Source: Spongospora subterranea f. sp. subterranea (taxonomy: Eukaryota). Taken from it: DNA of 64,000 nucleotides. This document shows, piece by piece, positions 36,202 to 50,251 of this stretch. The notes under the pieces are model-generated. The model was not told the DNA's origin, ran no database searches, and saw only the letters and a list, made by a program, of their open reading frames with translations. Position 1 is the first letter of the stretch, and every line of letters begins with the position of its first letter. The position numbers and the translations under genes were made by a program. The DNA is taken from NCBI GenBank assembly GCA_049724395.1, contig JAUGWO010000155.1:1-64000 (forward strand), in the 5' to 3' direction.

Positions 36202-37644
36202 CGCAGTCCACTAGTTTCGGCAGGCGAACCTCGCTGTGACGATCAGACTTTGCCGATAAATATAGAATCGGTCGCTCCAACAGAGCGAGTCGGCGTCCCT
36301 CTGGGGCCGATGTGCAATCGTGAGATGGGTAGCAAGGAGCTGATGACCCACTCCTTTCCAAAAATGATCGCGATTTCAAGGAAGCGCCTTTAGCACAATG
36401 ACACACACGCGATCACCGACTGTGTGGACTGGAGGAGATGCTGTTACAGCAATCCGATAGCGGCTGGGGTAACTGAAACACGGGGGGTCGCGCCACCCCC
36501 ACTAACCCACTGACAGATGGCTCCCCGATAATCAACTGCAGCCGTAACCGTAACGAAATTGTTCCAGAGTGCTGGGCAGCTTTAGGCTGACAATGGCGAA
36601 AATATTGATTTCCGCCGACTATTCACCCAGGATCCCCGCAGTTCACTATAGCTTGACTTGTGTGCCAGCCCAGCCTCCAGGGCAGGATTTGTAAGGCGGA
36701 GTTTGGTGCCTCACCGCCGATTCGGTTGGCGGAAGCGTTTGGTAGTCGACGTTGTTTCAACGAGGATGATAGATATCGGCGTGCTTGGTTTCGGAACTTT
36801 TGCCTCGAGATATTTTGAGGGACACTGCGAAGTATCTCATTGTTTCTGGAAAATTCTGGATATTGCGTCCGTGTGCGGTGGGCCCTGTAGAGTGAGTTCA
36901 AAGTTTACCCTTTTGTTGAAAAAAACATACAGAACATTGATTTTTCTTGGTAAATGAAACAAATACGCTGATGGTTCACTTCTTTTCGTGATTTCCTTTC
37001 GCAGTTGCCTTCCTCCACTTTTATACGGAAATGTGACGAAGTTGCTTTTGTTGCATTTTTTTATCTTTTTTCCGTTGAATCTTAGCGAACGACCATTATG
37101 AATGGGATGATATGGTTTCCCCAAGCGGTTACACCTTTTTGAGTTTGTCAACAAGGGCCGACGAATCGGTTTCCAGTTCCTCACAATCATAGACCAACGT
37201 CGCCAGGCGGCTCAGTTCATTGAATAAAACTCTATCGTTGCGTTGATTTGACGATGCTGCATGGGTGTGACAAAAACCGATCAATTAGATTCGCAATTCC
37301 GAGATGCCGAGTTTCGTAGCAAGGATACTTCGACCTTACTTAGGTTGCTTGTAAACCATAAACGCACATTCTTCTTGGCTTTGAGTCGATTAGAGTATAT
37401 GTTGAACAAGTTTTTCGCAGTGATGGCTGGGCGGATTGGAGCTGCTAACTCCTGTTGCCTGTAACATATGTTCACCCCTTCTTTCCGAGTAAGTGATATC
37501 TTGCGTTGGAGTCTTTTCTCAAACACACTACTTTTTCGTCGCGACATCTTCGAACTGTGTCAACTTGTGGATGGGCAGACTTCCGCAATTGAGATCCCGT
37601 GTTTTCGATCCGTCCTTGTGAGATATTGTATATTTTAATAATAA

Positions 37645-40600
37645 TTACGAGGGAATGCCTTCAAGGTCCTGGAGTAATAAATCGTCCTCATCGAAAGTTT
37701 TGACTGCACCAAGTTTCAACGCCGCATAGTAGCCATTCGAATCCAGGCGCAATCCTGACAAATCAAATTAACATAGAAAAAGAAATAGCAATCAATCGAA
37801 AATTATGTGGTTCCATTTACATTCACAAATATGGAAGAATCAACTTCAAATCGACATCGCAAAATGATATTTACCGAGAAATGTGAGGTCATTGACTTCA
37901 AACATGCCCAAAAACTGGAGCAAATTATCGCGATATGTGTCGGCCAGCTGGTCAAGCTGTGGCTGGAATCGCGCCGCCAAGGCCATCACACGCTGAGTGG
38001 ACGCGCTCCGACTTGCCGATACCGCTTCACTATATGATAAAATCGTGCCGTCATTACCAATCGAATTCTGACATTGCAGATAGAACTGCTTTATACCTTG
38101 AATATTTTCGCAATGCCAACTCTTCAATGGCGGCATCGTGCAAACGGAGTTGGACAGTTGTGAAGCGTAAAATACAATCACAAAGCTGTAAAATGACGAA
38201 CGTTAGGACGCATAACGATCGTGCAACCAAATCGACAAAAATGCCTTGACCTTGGAGAGTGGCTCCTGTAAAGGCAGTTGTCGACCAGATAGAAACAATT
38301 TATCTTTGAGTCGCGTCGAGTACAACTTATGCGCCGATATGATTTCCTAAAAAAGCAAGCAGACCTTAGTTCAAGGAAGTATCAAACCATCAACGCGACA
38401 TCTATATTTGAAAAGGGTGACATGAGCCAAAATCGCTTTCTTTGGAAAAAGTGAACATTGACAACAATGATATGATGAGGATTGAAAGCGGAGGGCGAAA
38501 AAACGAATAACACGGAAATTTGCACAAAAACGGCAACAGTAAACAAGTTCTTACATCAAGATCAGTGGCTTGTTCAATATCGGAGCCAAGTGCAAGCCAG
38601 CAGTCCTCAACCACATCGTATTTCACGAACTGCGTCAGGTTTTGGACTAACTGGACCATCTCATGTCGAATGGTGTGCCCTATAAATAGACCTTACGGTA
38701 AATTGCCAAAAAGACGGTTTATCTGCACAGTCATTCAGAGGGAAATTCTTGGAACGTAAAAATGGATCCGCGTTGCAGAAAAGGAAGAAAATTGCCTCAA
38801 AACTATGACGCGATGTCAAGCTAGATTACACAATCAGCATGTCGACGAATCGATGTCATGATGTTATCAAGTTTCAGGTAAAATCGCTCAAATCAACCAA
38901 CGACAGCGAGCTGAGGAAAAGGTCGTTGGGCAATTACGATACAAGCACAGTAAATACAGAATTAAATTACATAACGAAGTACAATACAAATCAAGTTATT
39001 GCACAAGAACCTCTATGGAATAACCGAGCGAGTTCAGGTAGCGTCGCAAGCCGGGCCTGATGCACATTAAACGAGTAAGTACAGGCGAAATCCGTTGTTA
39101 ATTGTACGGACCGCATCTGTGTTATGTCGAATCCAAGTATCTGACAAGCAATGTTCAATGCGCTTCAAACGAAACATGAACCGGAATATTTGCAGATAGG
39201 CGGTTCGAATCTCGCTAGGGAACAGCAATGATAGCGGGGCGTCGTCGGTACGGTAATCCAAAGTGAAGACATCCCAACCTACATCAGCAGGACTACTCTG
39301 TGCCGAATTAGACAACAACGCCAACGAAAACCGACTTTACGTGAGCAACAAGGTAAGGAAATCTAGCACGAAAAGAAACAAACAATACATTGCCCGGCAG
39401 TAAATCAAATAAACCGGTGAGAAAGGAAACACTACTTGAAAAATCTATCAAAGGGATAAAGGGATATCTGCACCTGAAGAAGACGAACTTGTAAACGCTG
39501 TACGCAGGGTTGAAGATCGTATTGAGCGGTAGATGAACGAATGGCGCTATCCAGCAGAGATGTAAGATGATGGCGGGAAATGTCGGCAGCGGGACGCGAT
39601 AACTCCACGAAAACCAGATCCATCAGTGACTGAACGAAATCACCTGAGCAACCAAACAGTTGGGGGAGAAACATGGAGTAAACAAAAAAGGCACATTCAT
39701 ATCGAGAAATGGAACAACTAAGATCGTGACCCAATGATAGTTTTGTTCATGCCGAAGTAAAGCCAGACCATGGAAGAAAATGGAAGAAGACCCAAGAAGC
39801 CAACTCGTTCAAACAATCATCACAGCACATGCAATCGAAATGCAGAATAAAAAACAGATCAAACAGAGCCCTAGCACCAAGGATCTTCGGAACATAACTG
39901 ACGAACCGTTGACAAATAATGAGGTCAACAGTGAAACTACCTTGCCCCATGAGCAAATAGTCTTTGGCTGCCCGGAGATGGTCAACGACGCGATGTTGGT
40001 CGAGCACAACACGGACAAGACGTTTGTGAATGGCCTGAGCCAGACGATCAATCGTCCCCTCTAACTTGATGCCATCGCAGTATACAATATCAACTGTCAA
40101 CATGAAAAGAAGTAAGTTATGGCTTGGTGGCACAGAAGCGGAGTGATTGGCGAAATGGCGTACAACAGACTAAAGATCAACAAGGAGGAGTCTAGGATAA
40201 AGACCAAAGAAAAATACAATAGCTCAAAGTAAGGAATTCAAAAAAATAGCGTCTCCTCATGCCAAAAGAAGGAAGTCCCAAACGTTTCGGTGCTTGCCTG
40301 CATTGCCGTTATCTTTGAGTGCCCATTTGGGTCGGTCCCCAAAGCGCCGGATGAACCCGACCGAGCGTCCTAAGTTGTAGATACGTTGGGCCAGGGCCTC
40401 GGTAATGCAGGTCGGGACACGCTCTGGCCGTAATACGAACTGATCGGACCCTGAAATTGAAAAAAACGCATTGAGTATGAAGGGTAATATTTGGCAAACA
40501 AATGGTGCGCGGTGCTGAAGAGACTTAATCCATACACAACATCATTTTGCATGCTACAAGAAATAATGCAGTTAATCACTGGCATACACGATAAAGCAGC

Positions 40601-42598
40601 CAATGGCGATCCGTCAGCCCGGATTTCTTCAATGAAAAACTCGCCGTGAAGATCCTCGAGCTCCCCGGTTGTGGCCCAGCGTGACATGATCTCGAACAAC
40701 GGGGTAGCGGCCGCATGGACCAGCGTTCCCAATAACTCGGCAACGTATGGATCACCATGGCGATTTAATTGCTATGCAAAGACAACGCTTACAAAATCTT
40801 CGGCAATGAAAAAGGCAAAAAAATGAATCGAGAGAAATGGATTACATCGATTAAGGACACGATGGCGCCACCGGACCTTTCACGTGTAACTTCGGCAACC
40901 ATGGCTAAGGCGCGCATTCCTTTCAAAGGTCGCTGGATCCAGACATAGGCCTGACGAAGAGTCAGCCCGCTCCCGTTGGTACTATTATATGGGTCAATAA
41001 ACGCAAGCAATTTAGGTCATCGCAAACCTATAAGAAACGATTCGAAATAATGGAAAGTGAGAAATACGGAGAAGGCAATGGACCAGTTAAAAGAATAACA
41101 AGCAAAGACACAAATGCTGAACCTGTCTTTGCTTTAGACAAGCAGATTTGGTTGTCTCCGAACGTGTATCAAGAATACGCTGGGGATGTGAGTCAGAAGA
41201 TATTGAACAAGATGAAAGTCGAAAGCCACACCAAGTGAGTATAAATTTGAGATTCATTGGAACAACGAAAGAGTTTTTTGAAACCTCAGTCAGAACTGAT
41301 GAATTTGATTGAGGAAGCACTGATCGAAAAAAAATTGTGTCACGCTCTGAATTACCATTGTGATTCGAGAACTGCCAGAAGCCTATAGAATAGCGTAATT
41401 TGGTTTTGAACAGCAGAACAGAGGGCCTGGCGAACGCGACCGCATGATGTCGACGGTTCCGCGAACGCTTCCGATACGACAACAAAAAGATGTCCAAGCG
41501 TGGCCATTGCTCGCACTAGAAACCAAAAAAGTTAGAAGCAGCTGAGCAGCACCAAAACGTGATGGTAAAAAAAAAACGAAAATTAAGAGCATCGAGTAGC
41601 ACTCACGACAGATAAACATTTGAAAAATCAGAAGTTGGTCGGAGAAAACACCAAACCAGGAAATTATACCCTTTGAAGTGCACAAAAAGAAAAAAAATGA
41701 GAATGAAACCTGTGGAAAACCAAAAAAAAGGTTAGACAAGCAAATACCAAGGTTCGCCGCATCTGACGGTATCTCATCCGGAATAAGCACTTTTCCATGT
41801 GAATTTGGGCGGAATTTGATAATATCACCATCAACACCCTGAACAATATAGAATACGTCGCGAAGAATTATGCGCTCGTATTGGGTGTCGGGAGACTCCA
41901 CAGGCGAATGGGAAGGCGACACGACCACATCAATGGGCGGCACGTTGATAGCAGCAACGGATGGTTGCGGTGCAGAGGAAATCAGAATCGTGGGGTTACA
42001 AAATATGTCTCCATCTGCGTTATATGATGATAGGGCGTAGAGCATGTATAAAATGGACGGCGTATGGCGCAACAAGGGGTAGTTGGCCAACTTGGCGTAC
42101 TGCTCGTCGAACTCAATCGAGTTGACGTGCCGTCGGAAAACTGTTACCAAAGAAGCAATGATTGAATGAAGATGACCGAGTGAAACAGATGGACAGAGAC
42201 GTGATTGAAAATGCGGATAGCGACCAGCAAAACATTTACTGTCACATTGAAAAACTAAATATGATTTTCAAGACTCATACGAGCATGTATGCAGTTGCTT
42301 TGCAAAAAACATCCTTCACACTTATATTGGCAGGGAAATACCAGACGCAAAAGGAACAATGCAGAAACACAACCATCTTAGAAGTTGCCTTACGCATGGC
42401 AGAGATCATCTGTTGAAGATGAACGTTGTCGAGAGGTAGGCGCGGTTCGATACGACTACAAAGGAGACGGGCCGACAATGCCAGATTGGCGTCCAGATCG
42501 GACCCTTCCCCGCATAGCGACTTGACCAGACGGTTCAAGAGCGTGGAGATCTGCGACGATCGCCCAGGCTCTGACGATGCCGACGTCATCATCGTCAT
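37645..42598 (-). CDS. TUBGCP3: Gamma-tubulin complex component 3 (Spc98/GCP3), many exons
   Basis: ILRDVFYIVQGVDG; LTLRQAYVW; HGDPYV..GELEDLHGEFFI; YLLMGQGDFVQSLMD; GWDVFTLDY; YLQIFRFMFRLKRIEHCL; LRLDSNGYY. Confidence 0.9.
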
Positions 42599-44258
42599 CC
42601 GGATTTGAAATGTCCCAACATGACGTGTGTACGATCACATTTCGACACGCGAGTCGGTATCCTGCCGCCTCCGCCTGTAACAAGTGAACATACCGTGGCC
42701 AGGGGCAAGTTGTATTAAACACCCATGCACTGGCCAATCAACCCACCTGGTTGAGTTCCTGGCAAGCGTCTCAACTGCAATTACCCCATCAGGAAATGCA
42801 AGATACGACAACGTATTGCGTTTGTTTATCAATTGGAGCAATCTTTGTCCACATCAGTCATTCAAAACACGACTGCAAATCGGCGACGGTTGGGTCAGGT
42901 TCCTGCGGCACGGTGATTCGAGAAAAAAAGTTGGTGCATCTGTGATGATCCTACTACGATGGCGACGACATCCACTTTTCTGCGATGGTCTCCAGAACCG
43001 ACAACCCAGCCATAGTAATCTGTCACTCTGCAATCGCAATGATTTTAGAAAACAACAAAGCCAACCAGACGACAAAGGTATGGCGGACGATGTCGCCCTT
43101 CACTGGGGCGCTCGACACACAAGAAGAAACAAATTGTATCAATAATTATGTAAAAAATCGATCAAAGTCTTGTTCGACGTTCCGCTCTCTATTCAAACTA
43201 GTGTTGCGATTGAAATAGGGGACCCATAAGCGATGAAGGTTCGATGGTTTGGCGTCCCTGTTAACCGCGAATTTTAATGCCTGACTCTCAGAGCCTTGGG
43301 CGACCAAATTGGCGTGTTTTTCGAGCGACAATTAAGATCGGAGACAAGCAGACCTTACGAGACGATCGTTTGGGTGGACTTCATCGTTTCAAACGAGTCC
43401 TTTATGTTGTCATGTACTCCTTCAAGTCTGTATTCAAACTTTGCACAGACCGGATCCCAGAGCTTTCGCCTGAGTGTACCGGTTTCATGACAGGAGGCTG
43501 TCATGTGCAACCACAAGGATGATGAACATGAAATCGTGCCAACAGGGAGTACACGCCAAAACCTCAGGAGCACTTCATTTCTATGAGGTAATGGCCTTGA
43601 AATGTCAACTCCTGAAGCGAATGGCCATCCGCCATCTGAACATAGCCGAAGAATCATCATCCAAAAGAATCCGGTGGACGACTATTTCGTAGTTTTTGGC
43701 TCTCCAAGTTTCGTTAATCAATGGCTCCACCAATCTGCTGAACGTTTGCGCCAAAATCAACCAGCAATTTCTGCTGAAATTACCAGCGTCCAAGAATTGT
43801 AATCACGGTCCTAGCAGACATCCGTCAATGTGGTTCATAATGGTCTGCTTGACCACAGTTGTTTTCGTCGTCTCTCAATTGGTTTCCACCGAGTTCCCCA
43901 CGAAATTTGTTGTCACGTTTTGGCTCTTTTGGGACGCGGTTTATTACGCGTCGGGGCGGTTGAACGTCATGTTCGATACGATCAACGGCAACCTGGTTCT
44001 AACCTGTTGGCGTGGGAGGGTTCAAGTAATCATGGTCGCTATCTCGGGTGACGATAAACGTTGTAATCATCAGCCACGAACCGTTGGTCACATTCAGGAT
44101 ATCGGGAGCGTACATGAAAATCTGGATCGGGGCGATCGGGAACGATATCTCAAGTAGATTTTGGGGGAAGCTCCCAAGATCTTTACCGGGTCCATCGCGC
44201 CCGCACTGGCCCACAGCCGATCCCAACCTCTCATCACTCCGCTCGGTGTCGTAGCGCC

Positions 44259-45038
44259 ATGGACAGGAGTCGCTCTTGGTCGAGCCTGCCGGGACGATAT
44301 CTCAGCCACAGTGCGGTGGTGTTGTCGCAGATGGCGCACCCGGTGCTGTTCATTGGAAAACCCACCAGGAAGCAGGTTGTGGCCGTTGCCGCGGTCAAGA
44401 ACGAAGTGGCCGCCGCCCGAAAGGGACGCCAACGGCACCGATCGGTGGCAAGGCGTCCAGCGATGATCTCGTCGGTGTCGAAACCAGATATTCTGACAGC
44501 GTATTTTGGTTGCGACGAGAGCTCTCGACGGATCAAGGAACGACTTGATCCCAGACAGAATCAGGAACGGTTAGATTTTGATCCGGAAGCTCTGCTGAAA
44601 GTGGACGACGATTCTGACGGCGACTTCAACGACGAAGAGAGTGGTGGCGTGAGCGACAGGTCGGAAGATGACGTGCTGGAACCGGTTTCGGAACCCGAGA
44701 TCTATCCTATGACAGAATCGGATGGCGTTTCGGATTTCAGGATCGCGTCGTCCCTGATGCAAGAAGCGATTCGCGAGATCGGGGAGGACAACGGGCAACT
44801 GGGGAGGATCACCGAAACAATCTGGAGATCGTATGAATCCTGCAGCGAACGCATAATTCATCAGGCGAATCTGGCCGATGCCCTGAGCGGCGAGCTGCAA
44901 TCAGCGCAGCATGCCCTGCAGCAAGCTCGAAACACGATCGCCGAGAAAGATGGGATCATCAAATTCCTGAGCGAACGTATCGCCGCTACGAAAAAGGACC
45001 AAATCGAACAGGGACAAAATCAATCCGAACACGACTAA
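44259..45038 (+). CDS. Hypothetical acidic coiled-coil protein
   Basis: Uninterrupted 259-aa ORF with acidic stretch and heptad-like C-terminus; start may be the second Met (MAHPV). Confidence 0.6.
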   Translation: MDRSRSWSSLPGRYLSHSAVVLSQMAHPVLFIGKPTRKQVVAVAAVKNEVAAARKGRQRHRSVARRPAMISSVSKPDILTAYFGCDESSRRIKERLDPRQNQERLDFDPEALLKVDDDSDGDFNDEESGGVSDRSEDDVLEPVSEPEIYPMTESDGVSDFRIASSLMQEAIREIGEDNGQLGRITETIWRSYESCSERIIHQANLADALSGELQSAQHALQQARNTIAEKDGIIKFLSERIAATKKDQIEQGQNQSEHD

Positions 45039-45130
45039 ACTGAATTAAAACTATTTCTTCGATGTGAACCAAAAGATCGATAGTGAAAAAAGTACAAACA
45101 TGAGATCGGAACTAAATATTAGTTTGTTCA

Positions 45131-45796
45131 TCAAATCGACGGTTTTCGTTTGCGAGAGGTGCAATTCCGATGCGTGATCGCAAGGCGTTCGTCATCGTCA
45201 CAAGCGTAAATCTGTGTCAGTCGTCTGGACTTTTTCCCAGACTTCTGCACCGACGGGAACGATCTCCTGCGACCCTGCTTGGCCAACCCATGCCGAACGC
45301 TGAACGGATCGTAGGAGGTGATCATTTCCGGTTCAACATGGCGCATAACCACTCGGACCTTGCGCGATAATTCGGCGATTCTGCGCCAGATGATGTCGAT
45401 ATCGTGATCGATGATGACGGTGATGTAGCGGGTGTCGTGTTGGAATCCTCGCGGTGGATCATGCGGGTCGAGAGGACGATAGGATTCCGGAAATCCCGCC
45501 GCCATCATGTTGGGGCGAATCGCAATGAAATGCGGGGCAGACTGGGCGTTCACGACGATATCTTTGATCGGTTTCAGTAAGTCTTTGTATCGGATTTTGG
45601 CGCAATGACCGCCGGGGAACCTGAACGTTAACGACCCCGTTGTGAAAACGATCTCCGTCGGGGAATTGGCATATCCCCAGCCGATAATCGTTCTGCCAAC
45701 CAGGACCTTGTCGACCGTCAACGTGACCCTGTTCTCTTCCAGCATGTAGGATGATCCCCTGGCCAGTTCTGGATCGTCTCCGCCATCCGACATCAC
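45131..45796 (-). CDS. Hypothetical protein (beta-rich, possibly PH-like fold)
   Basis: Uninterrupted 221-aa ORF convergent with the preceding gene; no motif recognised with certainty. Confidence 0.55.
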   Translation of the reverse strand: MMSDGGDDPELARGSSYMLEENRVTLTVDKVLVGRTIIGWGYANSPTEIVFTTGSLTFRFPGGHCAKIRYKDLLKPIKDIVVNAQSAPHFIAIRPNMMAAGFPESYRPLDPHDPPRGFQHDTRYITVIIDHDIDIIWRRIAELSRKVRVVMRHVEPEMITSYDPFSVRHGLAKQGRRRSFPSVQKSGKKSRRLTQIYACDDDERLAITHRNCTSRKRKPSI

Positions 45797-46976
45797 CTTG
45801 CCGGGATTGGCAAATTCTCCAGGGATGGCGCAACTGAAGTGGCCCCTCCCGTAAAGGAATCATGCGCAGCCCCATACGTGTCAGTAATGTTACACCTGTC
45901 TCCCTGGTGACTGGGCCCAGGGTACCGCTGGCCCTGACAGCAAAGTGCCAACACTTTGAGGAAAACGCCCGGATACAGTACGGCAATACCCCACGAATGT
46001 CAGTCGAATGTCGCTGTGATCGTACTGTAGTTCACGTCGTTTGTCCGCACGAAAGAAGTTGATGGCGACGGAAATTGCTTCGTTATTAAGTTGAGGCGTT
46101 GCCCCATACGTGAACGCTGCAGAGCATCGCCGTGCAATCCGTCAATAAGCGCTGGGTCATGGCCGCGCTCAACGATCGGCAACCATTTTTGCGAACATGC
46201 TCCTTCCGAAATCAAATTCGAAGAGTTTTAGGTCTAAGCACGCATCCCGAGACAAAATCGAAAACCTCACCATTTTGGGCACTCAGATGTTCATGCAAAT
46301 GAAATACTACTTATCAGAGCGCGCTGCTTCCAAACAGCCAAACCGGACTTTAGACATATTCGATTGCCGAGTGCTGTTGAAAGTAGCCTTCGCAGCTGAT
46401 TGTTCGTCTGCTCGGACATTGTATTGAAAAGATGAAATGCTCGTGCCATGTGGAACCAAGCGTGTCGGCACTTTGGTAACCTTTGAGAACGAGAAGAAGG
46501 GTGCTAACATAGTGTGCACTGCATCGTTGGTTTCGTCAAATTCTTCTTCCACCGTTCATCATTGAACGTTTGGCGCAGATCTTATGAGTTAATGACATTA
46601 CACGAAGAGCACCGTTCCCTTCAACAATACTCACGGGATGGTAGCACTTGTTTTGACTCTACCTGACATGGATTCACGAGATGTAATTCCCGCGATGCGT
46701 ATCCTGTTCTCGTTGGTCGACCGATCAACTGACGCATCTTGGTCAGCTGATCGTCGACTGCCTCGAAGTACAACCATGGGCCTGAATCTATCGGAAAAGT
46801 TTACTTCGATTGCATCCCACGAAAGCATGTCTTCCGTACACACCAAGTATGCGACGTTGAGACGGATCAGACCCGCTTGTTGTCCGTCAGTTCTAATACA
46901 GATCCTGTTATCCACCGATCTAATCGTGTGTGTGTTGGTCCAGGCTCGTAATCCATGAGACGCCAACACAGTTGCG

Positions 46977-48686
46977 TGAGACGGGTTCCGAGCCGCCAGG
47001 GGTGAAGCGAGGAAGTCTAAAACAGAACTACCTAAAACGAGTGTTCTAAACGTGAACTTGATGGAGAGCGTGTTGTATTGAGTCATAGTTAGCAGGTCAT
47101 AGGGCAGTAGGGCACATGACCTGCGTAAAGTGAAATATCTTGAAAATAGTAGAAAATAGGCGATTCTTACGCCTCATTCCCCTTTTTTAAAACCAGCGCG
47201 TCTATAATTTCGGCGAGCTTGGCGACTGAAGGTTCAGTGGATTTCTTTACCAGGAGAAGAAAATGATGTGAGCATTCTGAATTAGGTGCGTTAGACTCTC
47301 CCAATGATCGAATTCAGATGTAAGGCCACGCCAGCGAATCTTCAAGGACCAGAGCCCTTTTCGATCGCATTTGGCGTCGATAATGTCTTCTATTTCGAAT
47401 CCTTGGTCGTCATGAGCAATTTGTGTAAGAAGATCGTCCGTGACGTTTAAACTCTCATCCGCATAGAATCTGATTTCGTTTTCTCTGTTGAAAATTTAAT
47501 TTCACAGCAGGTTTACCAGATTCATGCTCAACGATTAAGATTGTATGCGGATGAGAGTTTAAACGTCACGGACGATCTTCTTACACAACTTGCTCATGAC
47601 GGGGACATTGTATAACGTGATGGGAGCCTTTACACTTGAAACATTCGACCGTTCTAGTGCTGGGCACGGCAGCCCTGCCTGCAGGATTCGGGGAGTCACT
47701 GTTGAAACGTTTGAAAGCCTTTAACGTATCAAGAAGGAAATCGTGAAACTTAAGCCAATCGGACTGGCACTCGATCTCCTCGACATCGAGAGCAGCTCTG
47801 ACGGTATCACTTAGCGATACAGGATGAAGAGCGTCTATCATTCCTTGTATCTGTTTCCTTTGTAGCTCTTCATGTTTCTTGAAGTGCTCCGTTAGGCCTT
47901 GCTTATCCAGGCTTTGCTCGGACTGGCGAAAGAGGTCCAGAATACTGAGTAGGGGATCGTCGTATGAACGAATTTCAGAGGCTTGAAAAGATCTTTGCTG
48001 CCATAGGCGTTTCGGACTGCAACACCAGTGTAATCCTTAAAATGCTGGGAAAGGGCGGCATCCTCAACAGTCTTATTTGAGCCTGAGGGCAGTTTAAGTA
48101 TGTAACTACAGATGTGGTTCAAGACCCACGGTACGATAGCAGCGCGAAGCGGCGTTGCAGTAAGCTGGCGATCATCAGCTACCGCCTGACGCTTGATATT
48201 ATCTTGGTATGCATCCCATTCGCTAAAAGACTTTGACGACGTTACGATCATAGCCTTCAAGCTTGGGAGGGGCTACCAACGAACTTTGAACAGGGTTCAT
48301 ATCGAGACGAAAGTAGATAGCGCCGCGTAAGTGTAAAGCGAAACGTGAGTAAGATGGGCAAAGCGGGACGTGAGTAAGGTAAAGCAGAAAGTGGGTAGAA
48401 TGACGAAGAATGTCTGATATAACAGCGCAATCTTCGATCAAAGAAGAATGAGAGATGACCCCTAAAAAAAGGGTGTTATGCCGACTCTAGCTGAGAATAG
48501 CTACAAGCGAGCTAGCTGGAGCGGGAACGGAAGAACGAAAATAGGCCTATGAGACGGGCTCCGAGCCGCCAGGGGTGAAGTGAGGAAGTCTAAAACAGAA
48601 CTACCTAAAACGAGTGTTCTAAACGTGAACTTGATGAAGAGTGTGTTGTACTGAGTCATAGTTAGCAGGTCATAGGGCAATAGGCA
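46977..48686 (-). mobile_element. Internally deleted chromodomain Ty3/Gypsy element B
   Basis: 200-bp LTR 46977-47176 (TG..CA) preceded on minus strand by PPT AAAAAAGGGGAA. Truncated second LTR 48550-48686. Gag with CFKCKGSHHVIQC; chromodomain FEIEDIIDAK..KIRWRG..DHWE. Confidence 0.85.
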
Positions 48687-50251
48687 TCAGGATTCAGCCG
48701 GCACGCGATCAACATCAGGAGCAGAGGCAGATCTGCACACCGACGTCCGATAGAACTGAGCGAATTCGACTGGCCAATGATAGCCTGTTAGGTGCACATC
48801 TGGGTGAGCGTCGAACACTGGAGCGACTGGGATGCCTACTGGCCGGGTATGGGCCGGGACGTGGCGGCACATGTCCGGGATTGTTTGTCATGGCAGCAGG
48901 CCAAGTTCAACGCCTTCGAAGCAAGGACGGCGGCAAATCTTCGATGACGATGACGCGCCAAGAGAGCCATGGGCGGTGGTGCATATCGATCATGTCGTTA
49001 GCCTACCGACGACGTCGATATGCACCACCGCCCATGGCTCTCTTGGCGCGTCATCGTCATCGAAGATTTGCCGCCGTCCTTGCTTCGAAGGCGTTGAACT
49101 TGGCCTGCTGCCATGACAAACAATCCCGGACATGTGCCGCCACCCCGGCCAGTAGGCATCCCGACGCAGTCGCTCCAGTGTTCGACGCTCACCCAGATGT
49201 GCACCTAACAGGCTATCATGGGCCAGTCGAATTCGCTCAGTTCTATCGGACGTCGGTATGCAGATCTGCCTCTGCTCCTGATGTTGATCGCTTGCCGGCT
49301 GAATCCTGATGAGGATGCCGTTGCCGTCTAGAACAATGTTGCCGTCCCTCCGTAAGCCTAGCTTGCCATTCTCGATGCCTTCGATAATGTTGCTCCACAG
49401 GGGATCCGCCGCTGCCTTTGCCGCAGCTCCGTCACAACCGATTCCTCCTCCTGCCTTGAGGCGCTGTTGACGGCCCAGCCGCTGTGAGGAATCTATCGAA
49501 GAAGTTGATAAGAATCTGGCATCGTTATCCGGAATTTCTAAAGCTTTCACAGTGCTTACGGCCAGGATCATCGGTTTAATAATCAAGCCGCATTTATGGA
49601 GTACCGTACTTAACAAAAAAAACACCAGACCGTATTCTAAAAGTGGAGAAAAATGGGCCCAACTTTTTTCAGGGCACCTTTTCAAAATTCGCCAAGTCGA
49701 AAACATGCGATAAAACCGACAAAAACCTCAATTTTGTTATCCAGAATCACTCAAATTCAAACTTTTCTGATTTTCCACAGCGACTTGTACACTCCATTTT
49801 CCTCATGCTTTGCCAAGTACTCCATAAATGCGGCTTGATTATTAGAACGATGATCCTGGCCGTAAGCACTGAAAGCTTTAGAAATTCCGGATAACGATGC
49901 CAGATTCTTATCAACTTCTTCGATAGATCCCTCACAGCGGCTGGGCCGTCAACAGCGCCTCAAGGCAGGAGGAGGAATCGGTTGTGACGGAGCTGCGGCC
50001 AAAGCAGCGGGCGGATCCCCTGTGGAGCAACATTATCGAAGGCATCGAGAATGGCAAGCTAGGCTTACGGAGGGACGGCAACATTGTTCTAGACGGCAAC
50101 GGCATCCTCATCAGGATTCAGCCGGCAAGCGATCAACATCAGGAGCAGAGGGAGATCTGCATACCGACGTCCGATAGAACTGAGCGAATTCGACTGGCCC
50201 ATGATAGCCTGTTAGGTGCACATCTGGGTGAGCGTCGAACACTGGAGCGAC
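48685..50251. mobile_element. Retroelement integrase zinc-binding-domain fragment present three times in alternating orientation
   Basis: IRLAHDSLLGAHLGERRTLERLRRDAYWPGW..APREPWAVVHID. Inverted pairs 48685-48989/49015-49311 and 49169-49604/49817-50251. Confidence 0.85.

Noticed and set aside
36400..37640. Gene between the AFF-like gene and GCP3
   Set aside because: Short ORFs on both strands; no consistent exon chain or motif could be built.
42650..44250. Probable multi-exon gene
   Set aside because: Strand and product could not be supported from sequence alone. The same applies to 57100-57520 and 59000-59900.
45860..46850. Degraded transposase-like sequence
   Set aside because: Only a vague resemblance with many stops; no diagnostic motif or termini.
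48530..48549. Self-priming or unusual primer-binding site of element B (TAGGCC instead of TGG)
   Set aside because: No complementary stretch found in the LTR; may just be decay.
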